Source of the DNA: Macrostomum lignano
Lineage: Eukaryota
Direction: 5' to 3'
DNA: 40,273 nucleotides
Assembly: GCA_002269645.1 (NCBI GenBank)
Contig: NIVC01004626.1
Location: forward strand, 1 to 40,273
The translations under genes were made by a program, and so were the position numbers. The notes under the pieces were generated by a model, which saw only the letters and a program-made list of their open reading frames with translations, searched no databases and was not told the DNA's origin. Positions 30,980 through 40,273 of the stretch are shown here, one piece after another. The number at the start of each line of letters is the position of its first letter. The first letter of the stretch is position 1.

Positions 30980-33900
30980 TACATTAACTAGGGGGGTGGG
31001 GGAGGGGGTTGATTGAGAAAGAAAAGGTGGGTCGGGTGAAGTGCGCGACTGAGGAAGGAGGCGAAATTAAAGAGCCAATCAGAAAGCAGCGAGGGAGAGA
31101 AATAAAAATATCAAGACTGAACTGGGCAGAGAAAGAGAGAAAACAGAGTAAACAGAGACAAGTGCAGATAAATTGAAGAAATGGCTGAGAAAGTTGCGAC
31201 AATGCCGGTAGGCGCGAGCCATAGACAAATCGTTGTCACGTGCTGCGACCGCTGATTCTTTGCATTGTTTTTCTGTTTGACGATCCTACAGACAATGCAT
31301 TGTTTGTAGTAATGGATTGTTCTGCATTAAAAATGTGAATAATGATCGTCAAATTGCTAAACAATGCCTGTCATATATACTCAACAACATTAAAAAGTCG
31401 CCACCTTTGAGAGTGCGCAGTAAATTCCAGCTCAGTATTGACTTTTGAGTGACGCAACTTGCGCCACGCGATGCAGAGTTGGGCTTGCTTGGGTGGAGAG
31501 GGATTGGGAAGAGCGGAGGGCGAAGCTTGGATGGATTGAAGCTTCCGCCCGGTTTTCATTGTTTTGTTTTCATTGTTTTCAGGCACGGCTCACTGGGGCA
31601 AAGGCTGGCGGCTTTTCAATATTTCTGAGTATAACTTGAATTAGGATTCATCCCGATACCGAGATAGAGGTGACAAGCAATGATTTGATTGAAACGCTTT
31701 CACAAGACCTGAAATTCGCATCGCCTGAAGTTTTTTTCATTGTAACGCTGAAACTCTGCTGTTGACGGAAGTTACGGTTTTTACTATCAATGCTCGACAC
31801 AAGCAAATTTAAAATTGTGTATGAAAATTGAATTCATGAAGCTTATAAATGTAATGTCTCTTTTTTATTAGACTCAGTCACTTTCTTTTGAATCGATGCG
31901 ATATTCGCCTGATCAATATTTCAACTTTGATTTACTATATATGCCTAAAATATGGCTCTTTAATATCAAACTGTTCTGTCGCTGCTGCGCTCTCAGTGGT
32001 ACTCCTAAGAACTCCTAAATTTATAACTACGCTCTAACCGGCACGTTTACATCTGTCATGATTTATGAAAATTAACGCAGCATATATTGAGCCTTTTTTC
32101 TCAATTCTTGGATTTTAATTTTCATAAAAAATTTTCCGCTTGTATTCTAAAAAAACAACAAAAGATGTTACAATACAAGGTTATAATACAATATAATAAG
32201 TTTGTTTTAATCTTATTGCGTTAATTAATTTAGTGTTTAATTTTTTCCAGCCGCTTTTCAAGCGTTTCAACTGCTTTTCAGCCGCTAAAAGCCGCTTAAA
32301 TGAGGAGCTGGTAGCCTCCATCCAGACCAGCTGTGAGGCAGAAATCCCAAAAAGAAGGAACTGACAGTTGCATCGATCTAGCTTCTCTCGTTATGTTTGG
32401 CTTGCTATCTAATTTGATAACTTCTGCATGAAAAATGGGAGCTGGATATTAGCTCGTAAAAAGCTAAAAGTTGCTTGAATCCCTAATTGAAGAATATTCA
32501 AATCCATCAAGCCAACTGTGGATTATGAACCATTCTGGCAGGGAGAGGGGTCTGCAGAGGTTGGGGGGGGATAACTGCAACTGTGGAATCGGGCCTGGAT
32601 ATTGACTGCCACAGCAGTCAATATTATTCAAGCATTCAAGAGGACTCAATGTTATTCAATTTTTTATAATGCAACAGTTGCTCAGAGGGGGGCAGCTCAG
32701 CCACTGGCGGAGTCACTATAACCGTGGGGAGAGGGCATTTTAAGCTAAAGCTACCCAACAAACCTTGTTAATACTCAGCTTGAAATAGCTACTACCTTCC
32801 TTTAAAGTTGACACTGTTTAACCCAAATTCATTTACATGCACGCAACTGCATCGTTGATCGCCGCTGCTCGCCTTTACTCTCGCAGGAATGGCCTTACAT
32901 ACGAGCCGTAGCTTACTGCCCTCCAATAGCAAGTAAGCACTGGAAACCACCAATATAAAGTATGGAACTCTTGAATAAAGTTGAGGTTTTCCTCTATTTA
33001 ATCGCATGTGCCTGTCATAAGTAGAATTTGAGTAGCAGAATTTTTAGACTTAGCAAGCTTCTACTAAAGTTATTTTCTTGCATTGCTACTAACAATAGCA
33101 TTCTATGAGTGGCTGGAAATGTTTAAGCTAGGGTTGTGTTAATAAGATGAGATAGATTGCGAGGCGAAGACGAAAGTGCCAGGCGCACTTGCCGAACGAT
33201 ACAATGTATTGTAATCGAGCAACAATATCGGCCACCCCATGGCTAAAACAGCCACGGTGTACATCAAAGTTACACGCACGCATGGAGTTAAAATGACAAA
33301 CGAAACCGAATGAATGAAAACAACTCCAACTCCCACGCACGAGACACAACAGGTTGTTACTTTTGCAGTGATGCAGTTTAACCGCAGAGATGGGTTGGAA
33401 GGCCGGACCCATGGGAGAGTACAGCGCAGCCTAGCCCAGCTCGACAACAGCCGCTCATAGCAAGGCTCTGCGGCTGTTGCAGCCATAGCAACATGGGGAA
33501 AATTGTTTACTGTATTTAACTTTATCTCACTTCTCTCTTCTAAGCCTTTCATTGTACAATGTGCATGCGTTCATTATAATATTCCCTCGGAGGAACTGCA
33601 TGAGCCGTAGGATGTTCTCGGTTCGGTAAACAGCGGCAAACAGGGAACACGACCCATAAAACGCCCCCCCCAAAACAAATGCTGGCTAGTCTCCTACGCC
33701 CAACCAGGGACTACTAAAACAGATTAGTAGTCCCTGGGAGCAACCTGACCGGTGTAACGCCTTTTCTTTAGACGTTTTCTGGCGGTCAGATGCCGGAGTT
33801 ATTAACAATCACGTGAAGCTTTCACCAGGATTATTCTTCATGGAATCGCAGATGAGAACAAGAAAGCCATTTTGCGTGGAAAACTTTATTGCACCATTGC

Positions 33901-34494
33901 AGCATGACCCCCTTTGACCATATAAGTCAGAACTGAATTCAGTCACGTGATACAACGATCGAAAGAGAGTTGCAAGCAGTTCTTTTAAAAGAACTTTTTA
34001 CGGTGTAAACCCTTTACTTCAGTTGTCTGTGATGATATTTTCTTCAAACAAATTAGTCCTAAAAAGAGCACCTAAGCTACTAAAAGTACCAATTAGAGAT
34101 CGATTTATACGAGTACTTTGCTAAGGTGGTCGATCATGAGACGGCAGGAATGGTGGCTCCAGGCCGCTAGAGAGGCCCAGTTAAACGCTTCAGGTTAAAC
34201 GCTTAAAAGGTTCAGGCAGAAATTTATCTAGCAAATGGCCCGGATAACTATAGAAGCAAACAAATTTTCAGTTCAACCCGCTCTGAGAGCAACACCGTAG
34301 CCTAGAATACTCAAAACCTCACTCTATTAGCAGTTTTGTCTGTCGTTTCTTAAGAATTAAAAACTGCGCATTCTGAAGAAAAATAACAAATAAATGACGC
34401 CCAGGCATACTTCTATCTGCATTATAAATTCCAAGCCAAATAAATTCCAATAAATACCTTCTTTCCATTTAACTATAACTCTTATAAATTCTGA

Positions 34495-34862
34495 ACGCAT
34501 TGGCGGCCTTTACTCAACGCCATACATTTTAAGTTACGCTATTTCTAATTCTAATTAGAAAAAACTGTCTGCATCCTAGCTCAGTCTCGCTCCTAACTGA
34601 TGGACTCCGAGCGACAGACCGAGGAAGGCCTTCAGGCTGATGAGAAGCAACAAGGCGAACAACAAGAAAAGTTCACCGCCCCAGAAGGTAACCAAGTGTG
34701 TGTCCGATTTCTGCGGCTACACCTCCGCTCACGGACTCGACCGGTTCTCTTCCCAGTCCGGCACCTTGGGTCGCGTCATCTGGCTCACCTTCCTGCTGGG
34801 CACCTACAGCCTGTTCGACCGGTTCATAAGCGCATTGGTGCTCACGTCCATTGCGACCTCGC
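34495..34862 (+). pseudogene. Truncated duplicate of the upstream region and exon 1 of the ENaC gene
   Basis: Near-identical to ~21627-22030 (SERQTEEGLQADEKQQ...FCGYTSAHGL). Has a +1 frameshift, a 24-nt deletion in TM1 and an abrupt end after GCGACCTCGCT. Confidence 0.85.
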
Positions 34863-37775
34863 TGGGAGGCAGCTGGGAGGCAGAAAAATGTATCCTACTA
34901 ATTGGATAACTTCTGTGCGGACAAAAGAACTGGGTATAAAAATTGAAACGAAAAATTGCTTTAATTAATCATTGGAAGACATTCAAACCCGTCAAGCCCG
35001 TGCAGCTAAAGGCACATGGATTATGAGCCATTGTGACAGTTTTATGGGTCCGGAGGGAGGGTGGTGGTGAACTGCAACTGTTGGATGAGGCTTGGAAGCT
35101 GCCCTCCTCATCTCCGTCTAGTCAGACTGCCACAGCCGGCGACGCTATTTGAAGCATCGTAGGGAGCCCCACAAAGCATTGTTTTAACAGGCAGCAATTG
35201 CTCAATTATTAGAACTGTGGTGGCCCAGCGCAGACAGCGGAGACAGGCGCCACATGTGTAACTATAATTAGTGGGATTAAAAGCCATAAAGGACTATAGC
35301 TTTAATAATAAAAACTTGGACCACTCGCTGCCTTTGGGTTAAAGTTTGGGACTTCAACGATAAAGTTTGTATTGAAAATTGACGCGCATCATCCCTTTCG
35401 TGGATATTTGCGCTTCACACTACTGACTGATTCAAGTAGTCTGCAGTTTATTTAAGCATAATAGAATTGTGGTGAGGGCGCACTTTTTTTCAAATCTCAC
35501 ACTCGCACATGGATTCCAAACTTGTTAGCCTACTAACAGCAGGCTACGGGCATTTTTCTTCTTTTTATGTAATTTCCTAGAATTCATACTAGTAGAATTT
35601 TTGTAGCTATATGGTTTTGGCCTACTTAATTGTAGTCATTATAACATAGGCGCGGTTTTCGCTACTTTTGGGGTCATAAATCATTGCTTGTGAGCTGGTC
35701 TGACAGCCACCTGCGCCTTACTCAGTGTTAGGGCTCGCGCCAGATGGTCTGAGTGGATGCGGGCGGTAGCTTTTTTCTCATCATTTTTGACAGGCCATCA
35801 GATTTGTGAGATTTATGTAGCGTTCTTACTTGCTATTCTTTTATCTTCTATTAAAGACAGGGGCTGCGTTCACTCTGGCGCACTTTAAGCGACGTTGTCT
35901 TACAACCGGCGAGGGGCATTACTGCCCATTCCGCCGACTCCCCTGAGCAGGCATACAAGCGCGCAGATGCGTACGCAGCCGTATGCACAGTCACACACAG
36001 GAGTGTGCAGCGGCCCTGACTGCATGTACACTGCACTGTGCATTGGGGGGGGGGGGTTGGCCCTCAAGGGCATTAATTTCACAGCCCCAAATTAATTTGA
36101 ATGCACTTCGAATCGAGCCTGGGCTGCTGGCACATCAGAGCGCCGCGCTAGACTACTGGGCTACGGTCCTTTTGCAGCACCGTCGATATACATGTACTTT
36201 CGTATCTTGAGTACATAGGATTTTTACCAACATTATCTAGAAACGTCTTCCTGCTGAAATAACAGCTTGGCAGTAACCTGAGAGTGAGCCTCACGAACTG
36301 CAGCCTTGGTAGACAAAATGGTGCAATGAGCAGTGCATTCCGAGTGTGCTGCATCCCCAGTTACGAGTAGTTAGTGCCACCGTTTTCGTGACAAATATGA
36401 GTACAATGCAGCTGAATTTGAGCTGCATTCTGAGTCGTGTTACCATTCTAAACTAAGAGCGTTCTCCTGACCAAGACCTTTTTTGGTCAGTCGATTTCGG
36501 ATTTCATGGTAAAATATAATTCAACCAAAAAAGTGGCACACTTTGCTGAGGTAAGCCAGGGCAGATGGTGTTTCTATTATATTTTCTTCTAATGATTGTT
36601 TTATTAACAGTAGATTGCCTTAAACTACTAAGAACACAAACATAAAAAGATGGCAACTTCGAGAGGACAAACAAAATAACAACATGGCATGGCAAATGAG
36701 CTGCTTTACCATTAGCGAACCTGATCGATTCGAGAGATTTCAGCGTGAAGCAGACTCTCAGCTTTTTGCTCAGTCAGCGTTTTGTGACTACTGCAACCGT
36801 GAGCAGTGGATTTGCCTGATAATTTTGGGATTTGCCTTTGTTCCGGTCCTTTCGGTTCTGGGGGATGGTCTCAATTGATACTATTATAATTTTGTTGCAG
36901 GGTCAATTGGGTTTAGGGAATAAATATTGCTCGGGACTTGGGAGTTTCTTAGAACAGGGGAGTTACTCCGGGTAGTGTCCGAGTGTAAGTGTCCGAGCGG
37001 CAAGACACTGTCTAAATTTATGCAGCTAACTTCAGTCCGGGGGAAGGAGGAAGAAGGGCTACACGGTGGATCAAAGTTGCCTGGGAAACGGTGGCGCACT
37101 AATGGGGAATTCTAATAGCTAATAGGGAATGCTACGAGTAGCATAGAGGGTAGGACGTCTAATAGGGAATTGGGTAAAGAGGCAGGGCGCTTAATAACAA
37201 AAAAGGGGGGTTCAGGGATAGGCAAAGCTTGATAAGCCAGTGTGCATCTGGAGAAAGGGGCTGGCAGGAAGTCTCAAGGTTGGGCTGTACGTCCTGGGAA
37301 ATGAAGGAAGCGCGTTTCTAACGAATGGAATGTTCGCGGGAAATAGGCGCCTTATTGAACAACGTGTTCTTGGGATAGAAAAGGAAGACCGAACACTGAC
37401 TCAAGTCTATTTTTAGAACAAAACGTTCATCAAGGCCTCAATGCTGCAGGCACCAGTCAGCAAGGCTGAATAAGCGGGCGAAGAAGTTCGAGAGCGAGTT
37501 GTCTCTTCAAGGTATATTTTCGATGGCGGACGATTTTCAGCAAAACTTTTAAGTAAGATTTTATTAGAAAAAGAGTAATCTAAGTTTTTTATGAGTAATC
37601 TATGCGGTTTTTATTTGACATTATTTAATAAGCGTCTATTACTAAAAAGGAAGGCAAAAGTATAGATTGGCAATAATGAGCACTACTAAAAATAGCTATA
37701 ACACCTTCAACATGCACGTTTGATTATCAATAGAAGGCAACGAATATGGCGAATATGGCGATATGAGCTGCTTAT

Positions 37776-39700
37776 TGTAGTGAGTAGTGTAGTGAGTTGC
37801 AAGTGTACTTGTATGCCCTAGTCGCTAGAGCGGGGTTTGGGGGCTGCTATTGTACAGCATGTACGTGCTTTCCACTCACCCTCTGTCTCTATCTTTTATA
37901 CCCAGTTATGTAACAATCGTTGTATCGTATTTAACCTGCGTATCGATCTGATAAATGCCAAAGGCTTCGTCAACTCTCAGTCGCATCTCTCTGCCTTAGT
38001 CTACAACTGGTAGCAGAGCGTTATTCTAGAATGGCTGAGAAAGGTTTGACCGACAGTGCAGCGCTGCCCAGAGTTTCAGTACCGGCAACTTTAAGAAATG
38101 GCTGCGCGTTTCAATGTGTGCGCAAAAGTCAACAAGTGGGACACATGCAAAGCGGAGCGACTGGCCACATTTCTGGACGGCGAGGCTCTCGTCGTATATT
38201 TGGAGCTGTCGGCAGGAGATCAGGCAGACTACCACAAAGTAGTCCAGGCATTGGATAATGCATTCCATCCGAACCGCGAGCACTTCGCCGTCAAGGAGGC
38301 GTTCAAAGCAAGGAAAATTTTGTCGACTGACACTCCACGCATGTATCCATACGAGTTAAAGAAGATGCTCAAAAGCTCTCCGTGGACAACAAAGATGCTC
38401 AAGAGGCTCTGCTGTTTCATCAAAGTTTTAAACGGCTGCGATTCACGTTCTCGATGACAGCCTGTGCTTCTCAAAGACCAAGTCGGATCATCTCCGGCAA
38501 CATCTCCGGCCTTAGGCTCCAAGTGCAAGATCGCGGTACCCGAAGTGACCTTTCTCGGCACACGATATACAAAGGATGGTGCCCAGCCCAGCCAAGAGAA
38601 GCTGGAGGCAATTCAGCAGTGGAAAGAGCTGAGGTCAGCCAAGGAGGTGCGTCAGTTCATCGGCCTGTGTAACCAATATCCAACTATCCAACGTAGCCAA
38701 CTTTGCTGCCATCGCCGCACGCTGCAGCCTTCGACAAGCTCAAAAGGTGCCTAATTAGTCCTCCGATAAGTCCTTCTAAGGAAATCTGCATTTGGACACG
38801 GCGGGATCCCTGATGTCGCACGTCGTTCGCTTCTGCCTTACTGGTTCTGGAGGACCTGGCCACCTGACGCATGTTTTTGCCACCTTCTCGGCAAGCACTT
38901 CATGTGCACATGGATCATCCCGCTCACCTTCGATTCACAGAGAGTCAGCTACGGCAGGCTAGGACGATGGCGTCTGCTGCTCAAGAGTTCGATAACGTCA
39001 AGTACCGAAGAGGCGTTAAGAATCAGATGCTGATTCCAGGCTGCACGCTTAGGTCGCAGCTACGCAAATCACTCCGGAAATCGACACAGTGTTCACAGCG
39101 GCAGGAGAGCTCAGCCAGGTGTTCAGGCGATGGACAAGGACGCAGAATTGCACCCAGATGGCGAGCAGGACCACTGCAGCAACTAGGTAGAATCTGCAAG
39201 AAGCTGAAGCTAGATTATGACGGGTTCTACTGTGCAAGTTCAATGAGCCGGACGGCCTGCGGAGGTTCCAGTGGTGCCAGCAAGACTTCGCGAACAGTTT
39301 TTGACCAACGCTCACGAAGGTAGGAGGTCATTTCGGAGCCGAAAAATGCTACCGCACACTGAAACTGACTGCCTACTGGCCCGGCATGGCTGAAGACATT
39401 GTGCAGCACTGCCAGAGTTGTTCTGTCTGTCAGGAGAAGAAAGCGGGCTCGTGACCAGCGCGCCGCTCGGAGACCCCCCCCCAATCGGCTCGCCGTGGGA
39501 TTCTGTGGCTATCGACATCGTCAAGGTGGCGCCATCATGGCGCGGCAACAAGTACCTGCTGGTGGCCCAGGATCAGTTTCCAAGTACCTGACGGCCGTGG
39601 CGATTCCTGACCAGACTGCTGAGACTACTGCTCGCGCCTTTCTCTCCATCTGTTCCCAGGCTGGACTTCCCCGAGTCATTGCTGTGGCTATAAGCCAAGC
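37776..39700 (+). mobile_element. Degenerate, internally deleted Ty3/Gypsy LTR retrotransposon (5' LTR ~37776-38005, PBS 38008-38018)
   Basis: LTR TGTAG...CTACA, iMet-type PBS TGGTAGCAGAG. Fragments: gag LATFLDGEALVVYLEL; RT thumb VTFLG...EKLEAIQQW...EVRQFIGLCNQY; integrase YWPGMAEDIVQHCQSCSVCQ, PWDSVAIDIV, KYLTAVAIPDQTAETTARAF. No 3' LTR recognised. Confidence 0.8.
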
Positions 39701-40273
39701 CGAACCATAAACAATGATTTGCTTCCGAGCGCACCGTACGCTTTAGCAATCTACGCGTAACGAGAGCCACAAGAACTGCCCGTGCCGAAGGCTGGTTTCG
39801 GCGCCGACGGCCCAGTCCGAACCGCCGTTGAAGCCTGCGGCGAAATCCGAGCTCCGACGGTCTGGACGCACCGGGCACCTCCCGACCGGCTGATGACTAA
39901 AGGCTGAGGCTGAGACGAAGACTGAACTGTAACTGAGTTGGGTTCCGCTCTTGGTTGGGAGAGGTGTGTGGCGTGTGGCGGGTGTCGTGTGTTTGGGGTG
40001 TTGGGGCTGTTGGTTTGTGTTTTTGGGTTGCGCTGCTCTGGCTATTTTACCTCCTCTCTGTACTTCTGTTTGTGCGTACACCGTCGCGTACTCATTCACA
40101 CTCACACACTCGCATAAGTCGCTGCAGTTGGAGTTTTCATGCAAGGGTTTTTCGGCTAGTGCCATCGTAAGTCAAGTTGTTTCAGCAACTCCACACACAA
40201 TTATAATAGCGAGTAAGTAATGTAAATTTTCACTATTTTAATACTTTAGAATGTTCATTGCGAAAGAACGCAA

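Noticed and set aside
33128-33552. Minus-strand ORFs with Cys/His-rich or hydrophobic stretches
   Set aside because: No convincing family motif, splice support or coding bias; cannot be supported as a gene.
32480-35300. Loose similarity between ~32480-32750 and ~35050-35290
   Set aside because: Looks like a diverged dispersed repeat, but I could not define boundaries or a class by eye.
39700-40273. GT-rich segment as the Gypsy 3' LTR or a gene
   Set aside because: No match to the 37776-38005 LTR and no recognisable protein motif; identity unresolved.

Overview
Eukaryotic (invertebrate-like, intron-containing) genomic window with a nested mobile-element stack between two host genes. A fibrinogen-related gene (~777-1767, +) is followed, at its polyA signal, by a decayed BEL/Pao LTR retrotransposon (1843-20381, 5-bp TSD AACTC). 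A 10.5-kb Polinton/adintovirus-like endogenous virus (1918-12442) sits inside the BEL 5' LTR, with a 6-bp TSD (TACGCA) and ~650-bp TIRs. It encodes, all on the minus strand, a packaging ATPase, adenain protease, major and minor capsid, rve integrase with chromodomain and conserved small virion-type proteins. I find no DNA polymerase or helicase in it. Instead it carries a divergent TATA-binding-protein (TBP)-like ORF, possible ssDNA-binding/PC4-like ORFs and a Fic-domain protein, and most of its genes are preceded by TATAAATA boxes. A probable solo LTR (13903-15074) interrupts the BEL gag. An 11-exon DEG/ENaC channel gene (21742-30211, +) has two kringle domains in its extracellular loop, with a WSC domain inserted inside kringle 1. 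The rest comprises satellites, MITE/foldback-like repeats, a truncated copy of ENaC exon 1 and a deleted Ty3/Gypsy remnant. Many genes, host genes included, carry isolated 1-bp indels that look like long-read consensus errors. All family assignments come from motif recognition by eye; no database search was run.
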